Assembly (NCBI GenBank): GCA_963740355.1
Contig: CAVUDW010000003.1
Span: forward strand, 736,001-800,000
Source: an uncultured Gemmatimonadaceae bacterium
Lineage (GTDB): Bacteria; Gemmatimonadota; Gemmatimonadetes; Gemmatimonadales; Gemmatimonadaceae
Length of the DNA: 64,000 nt
Direction of reading: 5' to 3'
Under the pieces are notes generated by a model. That model searched no databases. It saw only the letters and a list, made by a program, of their open reading frames with translations, and was not told where the DNA came from. The translations under genes were made by a program, and so were the position numbers. Of the stretch, positions 39,386 to 48,595 are shown piece after piece. The stretch's first letter is position 1. Every line of letters begins with the position of its first letter.

Positions 39386-40939
39386 ATGCGCTCCACACGA
39401 CTGCTCCCCTCACTCATCGCGCTTGGCGCGGTGATGACGCCCGCCGCGCTCACGGCGCAGGCCAGACCGACGGCCGCGTCACGCGACATTCCTGCCGCGA
39501 TGTCGACCATTCGCGAGGCCGACCTGAAGCGCGACCTCTTCGCGTTTGCATCGGACGGCATGCGTGGCCGCGAGGCCGGCACGGTCGATGAGATGCGCGC
39601 ATCGGTCTGGGTGGCCGAGCAGCTGCGCGCTATGGGTGTGAAGCCAGCCGGCCAGGACGGAAGCTTCTTCCAGTGGTGGAACATGCTCGTGACGCGTGTC
39701 TCCACCGTCTCCAGCAGCGCGACGATTGCCGGCAACACGCTGACCATGTGGAAGGACATCGTTCCGCTCGGGCAGAACATCGCTGACGCCAGCGGACCGA
39801 CGGTCTGGGTGGGTGACGGCAGCGACAGCACGATCGATGTGCGCGGCAAGATTGCCGTGATCCAGATGAATGCCCCGGCGGAAGGCACGGTACGCACCAC
39901 CACCAACACCTACGAAGTGCGGTACGCGCAGGCGGCGCTCACCGCCACCACGCGACGCCTGCAGAATCGCGGTGCATCGGCGATCATCATCGTCGCCGAC
40001 TCGATCAGCGACATCGCACTCGAGCCCCTCGGCATCATCCGGCAGCGGGGCTCGATGGATGTGATCGGCGGCGCGAATCGTTTTGCCGGGCAGGCACAAC
40101 CTGCCGCCGCCACGGCGCCGCGGCCACGCACGATTCCGACGCCGGCGTATCTCGTGCACCGCAGCATGGCGGCGACGCTGCGCAACGCGTCGGTGCCCGC
40201 AGAGTTGCACGTGAGCCTCGAGCGATTCGAGACGCCATCGTGCAACATCGTCGGCATCATCCGTGGCACCGATCCTAAGTTGCGCGACGAGTACGTGCTG
40301 TACAGCTCCCATCAGGACCACGACGGTGTGCGTTACATCGTCGGCAAGGACTCGGTGTGGGCCGGCGCCGATGACAACGGCAGCGTGAGCGTGGCAGTGC
40401 TGGCGGCGGCGCGCGCTTTCGTGCGGCAGCCGGCCAAGCGTTCGATCCTGATCGTGTTTCATGGCGCCGAGGAGCGTGGGTTGCTCGGCTCGCGCTATCA
40501 CGCCGCGCATCCGGTGGTGCCACTGTCGCAGATCGTGGCGGTCCTGAATGGCGACATGATCGGACGGAACAGCCCAGACTCAGCGAGCTTGCTCGGCATC
40601 CAGCCGCCGCATCGCAACTCGAGTGACCTGGTGGCGATGGCGCTGAAGGCCAACGATCTCACCGGCCGATTCATCCTCGATAGCCTGTGGGACCGGCCGA
40701 CGCATCCGGAAGGCTGGTATTTCCGCAGCGATCACGTTCCGTACGCGCGCCTTGGCGTCCCGTCGGTGGAGTACTCGACGAACCTGCATCCGGACTACCA
40801 CACGCCGCGCGACACACCGGAGAACATCAACTATCCGAAGCTCACGCGGATGACGCAGTGGATGTACCTGACCGGCTGGCTGGTGGCCAATGCTCCGACG
40901 CGACCGGCGATCGATCAAGGGTTCAAGCTGGAGCGCTGA
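39386..40939 (+). CDS. M28 family metallopeptidase, secreted
   Basis: SSHQDH, GADDNGS, GAEERGLLGS, NGDMIG, RSDH, DYH. Confidence 0.93.
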   Translation: MRSTRLLPSLIALGAVMTPAALTAQARPTAASRDIPAAMSTIREADLKRDLFAFASDGMRGREAGTVDEMRASVWVAEQLRAMGVKPAGQDGSFFQWWNMLVTRVSTVSSSATIAGNTLTMWKDIVPLGQNIADASGPTVWVGDGSDSTIDVRGKIAVIQMNAPAEGTVRTTTNTYEVRYAQAALTATTRRLQNRGASAIIIVADSISDIALEPLGIIRQRGSMDVIGGANRFAGQAQPAAATAPRPRTIPTPAYLVHRSMAATLRNASVPAELHVSLERFETPSCNIVGIIRGTDPKLRDEYVLYSSHQDHDGVRYIVGKDSVWAGADDNGSVSVAVLAAARAFVRQPAKRSILIVFHGAEERGLLGSRYHAAHPVVPLSQIVAVLNGDMIGRNSPDSASLLGIQPPHRNSSDLVAMALKANDLTGRFILDSLWDRPTHPEGWYFRSDHVPYARLGVPSVEYSTNLHPDYHTPRDTPENINYPKLTRMTQWMYLTGWLVANAPTRPAIDQGFKLER

Positions 40940-40948
40940 CGACGTCGA

Positions 40949-40978
40949 CGCCTGAGGATCGCTTTCGGTCCTCAGGCG
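40949..40978. terminator. Hairpin between convergent genes
   Basis: 13-bp stem with one wobble, 4-nt loop. Confidence 0.6.
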
Positions 40979-40979
40979 C

Positions 40980-41957
40980 TCAATCGCGCTTCTGTACACT
41001 CTTGAAGAAGTCCCACATCACCTCGGTCGCGTTCATCGCCGTACTCGGAACGTCGCCCACTCGACTTCCTCGCGCCCCTCCCGGCCAGGCGTGTCCGTTG
41101 TCGCGCAGCTGCTGCAGTTCCACCCGGCGGCCAGCGGGACACTCGAATCGGGTGACGATCACGCCGTCGCGCGTTTCTTGACGGGGCGTCGTAGCACATC
41201 CATTCGCGCTCGCCCAATAGGTAGCCTGGTCGATCTGTGGTCGCATCGGTGTGCCGTCCCACTGACTGGCACCACGCCCCTGTGAGAGGCCGCCGTCTGG
41301 CGGTATCGACTTGTCGAGCAACCCATTGATCATCAGCGCCGACACCGCAGACGACGGCGTGCGCTCCGTTCCAAAAATGGCACCAACAACCGGCGCGATC
41401 GCCGCGATTCGTGGTGCGAGTTCGCGTCCGATGCGATGCGCCATCATGGCGCCGTTCGACATGCCGGTGACATAGATCCGCGAGGCGTCAACGGGGAATG
41501 TGCGAGACAGTTCGTCGAGCAGCGAGGAGATGAATCCCACGTCATCCACACGACGCTGCATCGCCGGCCCACAGCAGTGCTCCGCGTTCCAGGTCAGCAG
41601 TGGCACCCCATCGCGCGCGGCGGTGCCATCAGGATAGACGACAATGATCCGCTCGCGCTCGACGAGTCTCGTGAATCCAGTCATCTGTTCCGCGTTGGTG
41701 GCGTTCCCACCGCCTCCGTGGAGGACGAGCACCAGCGGCAGCGGAGCGCTGCCCTTGCTCACGCCGGCGGGCGCCCGCACCACGTAGCGTCGTGTCAGGC
41801 CATCGTGCACCAGCGTGCGGCGCGTGGCCGTATCGGCACTCGCCACGCGCCGCTGTACGAAGCGCTCTCGCCGCGCCTCGCGGCCGCTTGCGCAGGCGAA
41901 GATCAGCGCCAAAACCACTGCGGCGAGGAGCAACCTTTTCGTGGACGCCAAGGACAT
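40980..41957 (-). CDS. PHB depolymerase / LpqC-like esterase lipoprotein
   Basis: LVLHGGGG, WNAEHCCG, TGMSNGAMM, GHAWPGG. Confidence 0.9.
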   Translation of the reverse strand: MSLASTKRLLLAAVVLALIFACASGREARRERFVQRRVASADTATRRTLVHDGLTRRYVVRAPAGVSKGSAPLPLVLVLHGGGGNATNAEQMTGFTRLVERERIIVVYPDGTAARDGVPLLTWNAEHCCGPAMQRRVDDVGFISSLLDELSRTFPVDASRIYVTGMSNGAMMAHRIGRELAPRIAAIAPVVGAIFGTERTPSSAVSALMINGLLDKSIPPDGGLSQGRGASQWDGTPMRPQIDQATYWASANGCATTPRQETRDGVIVTRFECPAGRRVELQQLRDNGHAWPGGARGSRVGDVPSTAMNATEVMWDFFKSVQKRD

Positions 41958-42114
41958 GACAAGTCTGACGTAGCGACTGGAAAGGTGTTAACCAACGCTC
42001 CCACGAAAGACACCGCCTGACGGCGCAATCTCCAACCGCGCAGGGAACAAGGAGGCCGCGACGTGGATTGCTGGAGTCCGTGGGCCGCGTTCGCACCCAA
42101 TCCTCGATCAACAC

Positions 42115-42792
42115 ATGCGCCGTATCGCACCCGCCCTCGGCCTTCTCGCGACGACCGCCAGCATCGCGATGGCTCAACCATCGATCGACCTGCTACGACT
42201 CAATCAGTCCGAACCGGGAGGTGCCCTCCCAATCGAGTGGCAGGTCCGTGCCGTACGTGGCCAGCGGTCCCCGACGTCGTTGATCATCGACTCGGCCGGC
42301 ATTCGCTATCTCCGGCTCAGTGGCACGTCGCGCGCGGCCTTCTTCGTGCGCCGGCTTGACACGCCACTGCGCCCGGGCGGGCTATTGGCGTGGCGCTGGC
42401 GCGTACCGCTGGCGCCGGTCGGAGCCCGAATGGACGCTGAAGAGACCGACGATGCTGCCTTGCGAGTCTTCGTGGTGTTCGCACGCCGCGGGATGTTCGA
42501 AACCACACCTCGCTCCCTGTTCTACACCGTGTCGGATGGTGAGCCGCGCTCGGTAGCACCGCAGGCGAGACGCCCGCCCATCGCCACGATTTCGTCCGGT
42601 AGGCCGGCGCTGACGAAAGACTGGCTGGTCATCGAAGCAGATCCATTCGCCGACTACCGGCGTTTGTGGAATGAGGAGGCGGGGCGAATCATCGCAATCG
42701 GTGTGATGCAGGATACCGACCAGACGAGAGCCGAAGCCATTGGCGACCTGATGGACCTTCAATGGAGAATGAAGAATGCCGCGCGCGACTGA
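42115..42792 (+). CDS. DUF3047 family protein
   Basis: LAWRWRV, DDAALRVFVVF, DYRRL, MQDTDQT. Confidence 0.82.
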   Translation: MRRIAPALGLLATTASIAMAQPSIDLLRLNQSEPGGALPIEWQVRAVRGQRSPTSLIIDSAGIRYLRLSGTSRAAFFVRRLDTPLRPGGLLAWRWRVPLAPVGARMDAEETDDAALRVFVVFARRGMFETTPRSLFYTVSDGEPRSVAPQARRPPIATISSGRPALTKDWLVIEADPFADYRRLWNEEAGRIIAIGVMQDTDQTRAEAIGDLMDLQWRMKNAARD

Positions 42793-43216
42793 GGTTCTTT
42801 TCGCCTGTGTGGTGCTGAGCGCGTGCAACGGCGCGGCCCCTCCGACCGCGCCCAATGCAGAACCTGTCGCGCCAGGCCTTCCTGCGCCAAGCGGGAGCGG
42901 TGCGTCAGGTCGATTCGTGAAGACTCGCTACGACGTGAGCGGTACAGCCACGCTCCGCATCACCAACGGTGTCGGCCAACTCGATCTATCCAGTGATTTT
43001 TCGGTGGCACAAACACCGGGACCATTTCTCTACATCAACTCGACCAACAATCCGAACACGGGCCAGCCACTGCGAATCGCCAGCCTGAAGGGGATTTCGG
43101 GCGCTCGATCGTACACTTTTGCCGTGCCGGCTGGTGTTCAATATTCGTGGGTGATCATCTGGTGCGACCCCTTCAACGTTCCCATGGCGGAGGCGTCCAT
43201 TGCGCCCGTCCCCTGA
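42776..43216 (+). CDS. DM13 domain lipoprotein
   Basis: LSA-C lipobox; GP.LYI, LKG.SG...Y, VIIWCDPFNV. Confidence 0.85.
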   Translation: MPRATEVLFACVVLSACNGAAPPTAPNAEPVAPGLPAPSGSGASGRFVKTRYDVSGTATLRITNGVGQLDLSSDFSVAQTPGPFLYINSTNNPNTGQPLRIASLKGISGARSYTFAVPAGVQYSWVIIWCDPFNVPMAEASIAPVP

Positions 43217-43227
43217 TCGGAGCGTGC

Positions 43228-44937
43228 TCAGTACCGCCAGCTGAGCGTATCCGCACCCGCCGGCACCCGCTTCCGGATCTGGTCCATCAGCCGCGGAATG
43301 AACATCTGGTGGTAGCGCAGTCGTGATTCTGCGTTCGGACGTGTCTGATCCCCATTCCAGCAATGCTCCGCACGACTGCCGTAGTCGAACTCGAAGGCGG
43401 GCGCTGGATCGCGCAGGGTGCTGAAGGTCTCCTGCGCGGAGTACACGGCATTCATGAGGTAGTAGTTGTCGCCGGTGCCAACGTAGAAGTGCAGCTTGCC
43501 AGTCAGCTTCGGGCCAAGCGTGGCCCAGTCGCGCCTGACGATGTTGGTGAGGTCGAAGTGCTCGCGCCAATACTCGGCCACGCTGCGGTCGATGTGACCG
43601 GTGGTGCGATCCCATATCGGCTTGGGATACCCATCGCTGCCGAGCGGTGAAAAGGTCGCCTGCCAGATGTCCCACTGCCCGCCAGAGCGTCCACGACTGG
43701 CGATGGTCATCTCGCCCTGCGCCAGCTCCTGCATCGTGGCAGTAGGGCGGCTGAGCCAATCCTGCATGCCGCTGCGTGGCACGCGACGGAAGCGGCTGTC
43801 CACGAAGTAGGCGTTCGTGTCCGAATAGATGTTGACGACCGTGTAGTGCTTGAAATCGATCGGATCGGGACAGGCCGCCCAGGCGCCGTTGAACTCGTCG
43901 GGATAAAACACCTGGCTGGCCATCGCTTCCCAGCCCCCGGTGCTTCCGCCGTAGGTGATGCGCGCATACCCCTGCCCGATGCCGCGATACTTCTTCTCGA
44001 TGTAGGGAATGAGCTCGCGCATGATGGCGTCGCCCCAGGGCCCCTGCGCCGCGCTGTTGACGGCGTAGCTGTCGTCGTAATATGGGGTGGGATGCTGGAT
44101 CTCGATCATCAGCACGCGCGGAAAGTTCGGGCCGGTCCAGTCCTTGTAGAACTGGTACGCGTACTCCTGCTGCATGCGGTTGTAGCCCGACATGCGGAAT
44201 CGGTCGCTGTAGTCAGGCTTCAGATTCGGATCGGGCGGCTCGGTGCGCCAGCCACCGATATCAGCGGGAAAATGACCGTGGTAGAGCGCCAGCGGGTATC
44301 GCGCGTCAGGATGTGTGTCGAACCCTTCAGGCAGCAGCACGTGAGCGCCGATGTACATGTCGGTGCCCCAGAACTTCGAGAGCAGTTCGCTCCGAATGCG
44401 CTCGTGACGCGCGTACTTGGTGTCGGTCGGCTGCGGAATCTCCGGAATCACCTGGTCGAGCGAGAGCGCGGCGACCGACTGCCCATTCCAGGTCACCCAG
44501 CGCGGCGTGCTGAACCGATTGCCTGGCTTGGTGGCCCAGTTCTGCCCTTCCCCCCGGTCCGGTGGCAATGAGACGGTGTGGCCGGTCGAGAGATGAAAGG
44601 TCTGGTACACATTCAGCACGGCCTGCATCCAGTACCGGCCCGGCGGTAGCGCACGCAGCGTCGTGAAAGGATTGCCGATCGCCTTGCCATCGACCACTCG
44701 CGGAGTGCCGCGCGCCCATGCCGTGACATCGGTGCCGAACATCGCCACCCCGCGCGCTCCGGCTTCCGTCTGGAACCGAGGTTCGCCGGTGGAGTCGGTG
44801 CTCACGATCAGCAGCAATCGGCCATCCACCGGTTTCGCTTCGCCATTGGCGAGCGTGACGCGGACCTGCGCGCCAGTGGCAGTCGTGCAGGCGAGGGCGG
44901 CCGCAGCCGTCAGGAGAAGCGAGCGAACCGTCGGCAT
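43228..44937 (-). CDS. Secreted esterase-like alpha/beta hydrolase
   Basis: Signal peptide; VLLPEG, YDDSYAVNS, GGSTGGW, EHCW. Confidence 0.85.
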   Translation of the reverse strand: MPTVRSLLLTAAAALACTTATGAQVRVTLANGEAKPVDGRLLLIVSTDSTGEPRFQTEAGARGVAMFGTDVTAWARGTPRVVDGKAIGNPFTTLRALPPGRYWMQAVLNVYQTFHLSTGHTVSLPPDRGEGQNWATKPGNRFSTPRWVTWNGQSVAALSLDQVIPEIPQPTDTKYARHERIRSELLSKFWGTDMYIGAHVLLPEGFDTHPDARYPLALYHGHFPADIGGWRTEPPDPNLKPDYSDRFRMSGYNRMQQEYAYQFYKDWTGPNFPRVLMIEIQHPTPYYDDSYAVNSAAQGPWGDAIMRELIPYIEKKYRGIGQGYARITYGGSTGGWEAMASQVFYPDEFNGAWAACPDPIDFKHYTVVNIYSDTNAYFVDSRFRRVPRSGMQDWLSRPTATMQELAQGEMTIASRGRSGGQWDIWQATFSPLGSDGYPKPIWDRTTGHIDRSVAEYWREHFDLTNIVRRDWATLGPKLTGKLHFYVGTGDNYYLMNAVYSAQETFSTLRDPAPAFEFDYGSRAEHCWNGDQTRPNAESRLRYHQMFIPRLMDQIRKRVPAGADTLSWRY

Positions 44938-45047
44938 CGTGGATCCATGGGAGTGGGTGAGCCGGTGTGTGCGACTGAACTTGCCGTGCGGCGAGCGCAT
45001 CGCGCCAGAACGTGCCGGTGATCGGATCGAAGGCAATCTCAGCCAAA

Positions 45048-45079
45048 TTGACATCTGATGCGTGATGCACTAGCATCAC
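45048..45079 (+). promoter_or_regulatory. vapBC promoter with overlapping operator
   Basis: TTGACA-17-TAGCAT; inverted repeat GTGATGC-N4-GCATCAC (45062-45079). Confidence 0.75.
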
Positions 45080-45083
45080 CACT

Positions 45084-45326
45084 ATGCGCACCACTCTCGA
45101 CATCGACGATGACGTGCTGGCGGCAGCCAAGGAGCGAGCGCGTCGGGAGCAGAAGACGGCAGGCCAGGTCGTGTCGGAACTGCTTCGCTTGGCGCTCACC
45201 GCTCCCATGCCGCCGACGACGGCTCACGAGACGGCGCCGGTTTACGGATTCCGCCCGTTCGCGCGGCGTGGATCAATCGTGACCAACGAGCTGATTGACG
45301 AGCTGCGCAACGACGACGTCTACTAG
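45084..45326 (+). CDS. vapB: VapB-type antitoxin (RHH)
   Basis: MRTTLDIDDDVL..AKE.A....T.G.V.S.L.R; upstream of PIN toxin. Confidence 0.88.
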   Translation: MRTTLDIDDDVLAAAKERARREQKTAGQVVSELLRLALTAPMPPTTAHETAPVYGFRPFARRGSIVTNELIDELRNDDVY

Positions 45327-45335
45327 ACATCCTGG

Positions 45336-45764
45336 ATGCGCGCCCTGCTCGATGTGAACGTCCTGATCGCGCTGCTCGATGCCGATCACATTTCGCACCA
45401 AACCGCGGTGCAGTGGTTCGCTGTCAACGCACCGCAGGGGTGGGCGTCGTGCGCGATCACGCAGAACGGCTGCGTCCGAATCATGTCATCGCCGAACTAC
45501 CCGAATGCACGCAGCGTGCACGAAGTCACGTCCAGACTTCGCGAGGCCACGTCGGAGCGCGTTCACGAGTTCTGGCCCAGCGATATCACGCTGCTGGACG
45601 AGCGCCTGGTCGACTCTCGGCGCGTGCACAGTGCGCGGCAGCTCACGGATGTGTACCTGCTCGCGCTCGCCGTCGCGCATGCAGGGCGACTCGTCACCTT
45701 CCACCAGTCGATCGCGATTCAGGCGGTGACCGGTGCGTCGCCGGCGCACCTGCTCGTGCTGTAG
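45336..45764 (+). CDS. vapC: VapC PIN-domain toxin
   Basis: LLDVNVLIAL, TQNG, TDVYLLALA, LVTFH (terminal Asp replaced by His). Confidence 0.9.
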   Translation: MRALLDVNVLIALLDADHISHQTAVQWFAVNAPQGWASCAITQNGCVRIMSSPNYPNARSVHEVTSRLREATSERVHEFWPSDITLLDERLVDSRRVHSARQLTDVYLLALAVAHAGRLVTFHQSIAIQAVTGASPAHLLVL

Positions 45765-45863
45765 GCGCGGCCCCGATGACGCCCCGCTGACGCGCCCTCG
45801 CATCCTCTGCTGCAGGAGCTGACGGACCCTCGGAACAGCTCCCGTCCCGCACCGGAGATTCTC

Positions 45864-46532
45864 ATGGGCCTGCACCTGAACTACGAACTGCGACTCGACG
45901 CCTCTACGCCCGAGGAGGTCGTGGTGGAGAAGCTGCGCCAACTGCAGGCATACGCGAGCAGCCTGCCGCTCGCCTCCGTCTCACCCTTCGTGTCTGAGGC
46001 GACGGCCGAGTCGGATGAAGAGCAGCGCTGGCTGGCGCGGCTGCAATGGTGGGCCGGTATTGTGGCGACGCCGACCGAGGATGACGAATTCCCGCTGCAG
46101 GGCGAGGAATTCAGTGTGCAGGGATTCTGGGTGAATCCTGGCGAGGGCAGCGAACCCGCCTCATTCGCCTTGCAGCGCCGCTATGACGTCTCGGGTGTGC
46201 TCGCCGACTGGTACTGGTGCTGCTACTGCAAGACGCAGTACGCCTCCACTGTCAGCGACGAACATTTCGTCACCGTGCACACGGCACTGGTTCGGGTGCT
46301 GGACGAAGCCGTGCGGCTCGGGATCCAGGCCGACGTGGTCGACGAAGCGTCCTACTGGGAGACGCGCGACGAAGCGCGTCTCCTCAGCGAAGTGCAGACC
46401 ATGAACCGCCTCGTCGCGCGCATCGCCGGCAAGTTGAGCGATGCGATTGGAAATGGGCACGACGTGCGGGCGTCGATCTTCGAGCATCCGCAGTTCGAAC
46501 ACCTCGAGATGGATCAGGACGACGAGGTGTGA
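45864..46532 (+). CDS. Hypothetical acidic protein with CKTQYA motif
   Basis: GGAG RBS, GC3-biased codons; PGEG.E, WCCYCKTQYAS, H, DE..YWE. Confidence 0.75.
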   Translation: MGLHLNYELRLDASTPEEVVVEKLRQLQAYASSLPLASVSPFVSEATAESDEEQRWLARLQWWAGIVATPTEDDEFPLQGEEFSVQGFWVNPGEGSEPASFALQRRYDVSGVLADWYWCCYCKTQYASTVSDEHFVTVHTALVRVLDEAVRLGIQADVVDEASYWETRDEARLLSEVQTMNRLVARIAGKLSDAIGNGHDVRASIFEHPQFEHLEMDQDDEV

Positions 46533-46544
46533 CGGCGAGAGAGC

Positions 46545-47129
46545 TTACGGCCTCGCCGCCGGACGCGGCAGCGCGGTCGGTGGCAGGATGTTGTTCAGAC
46601 GCATGTAGTTCGAGATCTGGCTGTAGTGATCGGCCATGTCCAGCGCATGCCCAAGCACCATGCTCGCGCGCGCCTGTGTGCGGGTGTTGCCGTTGAACGT
46701 CATCGTGACCTGGTCGCCGAGCTTCGCATCATCCAGCTGGGCAAAGGCGGCTTCGCAGAATGCCAGCGACGCCTTCAACTTCGACAGGAGGCGCTCACGC
46801 GGCCAGGTGGCCTTCACCGAATCGGCGGTCGTGCCATCCTCTGGTGGGACGGTCGCCTTCATGTCACCGAAATTGTTGCAGAAGAAATAGTTGTCACTCG
46901 CCAGATGCTGGGCGATGTACCCGACTGTCAGCTGTGCCGGCGTCGGACGATAGGTGAACTTCGATTCCGGAATCGAGTCGAAGGCCTGCGCCAGATTCCG
47001 CTGCAGCGTCATCGTGCGGGTGCGGAAGACTGCGGTGATCGGGTTGGTGGCGGCACCTGCCGGAGCGGGTTGCGCAGCGAGGCCGATCGGAAGCGCGAGG
47101 GCGAGAATTGCGGCATACACGGGCTTCAT
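46545..47129 (-). CDS. DinB family protein with signal peptide
   Basis: FTYRPTP, QHLA, DHYSQ..NYMRLNNILPP. Confidence 0.85.
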   Translation of the reverse strand: MKPVYAAILALALPIGLAAQPAPAGAATNPITAVFRTRTMTLQRNLAQAFDSIPESKFTYRPTPAQLTVGYIAQHLASDNYFFCNNFGDMKATVPPEDGTTADSVKATWPRERLLSKLKASLAFCEAAFAQLDDAKLGDQVTMTFNGNTRTQARASMVLGHALDMADHYSQISNYMRLNNILPPTALPRPAARP

Positions 47130-47263
47130 CTGTCGATCCCCTGATTGAAATGGTTCAGTCGCGAACTGGAAAGGTCATGACATGCAGGGCGCGGCGCCAT
47201 CGGTTGCCGATCCGCCGTCGGACGGCCGAACGACTTCGCCTCTGCTGCAGCTCCACTGCCCCG

Positions 47264-48472
47264 CTACTGCACCACGATCGGAACGGTCCACCGGAACGTC
47301 CCCCACTCCATCACCAGCCCGCCACGCTTCGGACCGCCTGGCACGACGGAGATGGTGAACTTGTCCACCGTATCGCTGACTGTTTCTGATGACATCTTCG
47401 TCGTACCGATATCCTTTGCACTCGAGTACTCCGTGCCCCACTGGCCCGATTGACCATTGATGATCAGGTCGACGCCGGTCGTGTGCGGAACGGTCCAGAG
47501 TGTGTAGGTCCCGGGCTGCAGCGCGATGCCGCCCACGGTGACGGCGGCGGACGTCGTGAACTGGGTGGCTGCGTTGGCACCGGTTCGCCACACCCGATCG
47601 TAATTGATGACATTGCCGAGCAGTGTGCGTCCGCGAAGACGCGGCCGTCCATAGTCGATGGCGAAGGATGTGGTGCCGATCGTTGCGCGGACGGTGTCGC
47701 GAACGCTGAGCTGTGCAGCCCCCGCGCGTTGTTCTGCCGCTGCCAGTTGCGTGCCGATTGCCGCCACATCGGGTGGTTCGGTGGTCCGTCGAACCGAGAC
47801 CTTGTAGGTCGAGCGCATGCCTGAATAGGTGAGCAGTCGGGCGGCGCTGTCGACCGTGACGTCGCCGCTGCCTGAGAGCCAGTCGTGACGAAGTACCACG
47901 GAGTCGCCACCGGCTGGAATCACCCAGCCGGAATGCAGCACGAAGTTCGGGCCGATGTCGCGATCGGGGTAGAACTGGCGGAACGGCATGCTGTCGCGCG
48001 CGGACTTGCCCGCCGCACGTGAACGTTTGAGTGACGAGGCAATTTCCAGCTCGATCACGCTGTATTGCATCGAGATGTGCGGCACCGTCAGCGCGCCGCC
48101 CGTCTTGAAGTCACGATGTGTGACGCCGCTGCTGTCCGTGATCGAGACTTTCACCGAGTCATTCGTGAAATCGGCCACCACCCGGCGATTGCGTTCTGCC
48201 GGCGTCTTTCCACTCGGTGTGCGCACATCCATCACCATCTTCGTCAGTCGGCCGTCGTCACCGAGCGTGATTTCGGTGTGCCGCGCACGAACGAGCGGAA
48301 ATCGGTCGACCTCGTCGCTGATCAGCGAGTGAGGCGTACGCGTGACGCTTTCGACTGACACCGTGTCGTTGCCAAGCAGCGCCACGAAACCGTACTTCTC
48401 TTCCGGGCCGTCGGACTTGCAGGCAGAGAGGGCAACTGCCGTCGCGCTGAACAGCAGGAATGAGTGCTTCAT
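47264..48472 (-). CDS. DUF2911 domain lipoprotein
   Basis: LSA-C lipobox; IDYGRP..RGR, VWRTGANAAT, GTYTLWTVP, QWGTEY. Confidence 0.88.
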   Translation of the reverse strand: MKHSFLLFSATAVALSACKSDGPEEKYGFVALLGNDTVSVESVTRTPHSLISDEVDRFPLVRARHTEITLGDDGRLTKMVMDVRTPSGKTPAERNRRVVADFTNDSVKVSITDSSGVTHRDFKTGGALTVPHISMQYSVIELEIASSLKRSRAAGKSARDSMPFRQFYPDRDIGPNFVLHSGWVIPAGGDSVVLRHDWLSGSGDVTVDSAARLLTYSGMRSTYKVSVRRTTEPPDVAAIGTQLAAAEQRAGAAQLSVRDTVRATIGTTSFAIDYGRPRLRGRTLLGNVINYDRVWRTGANAATQFTTSAAVTVGGIALQPGTYTLWTVPHTTGVDLIINGQSGQWGTEYSSAKDIGTTKMSSETVSDTVDKFTISVVPGGPKRGGLVMEWGTFRWTVPIVVQ

Positions 48473-48595
48473 TGGCCGGCCTGTGGACGAGGAAGACTGC
48501 GGAGCGTGCACCTACACTGGAACCAGGCACCGGTTCAATGGTTGCCAGACGCGACGGAGCGACGCGACGCCGTCCCTTGCCACGAATATCTGCCG

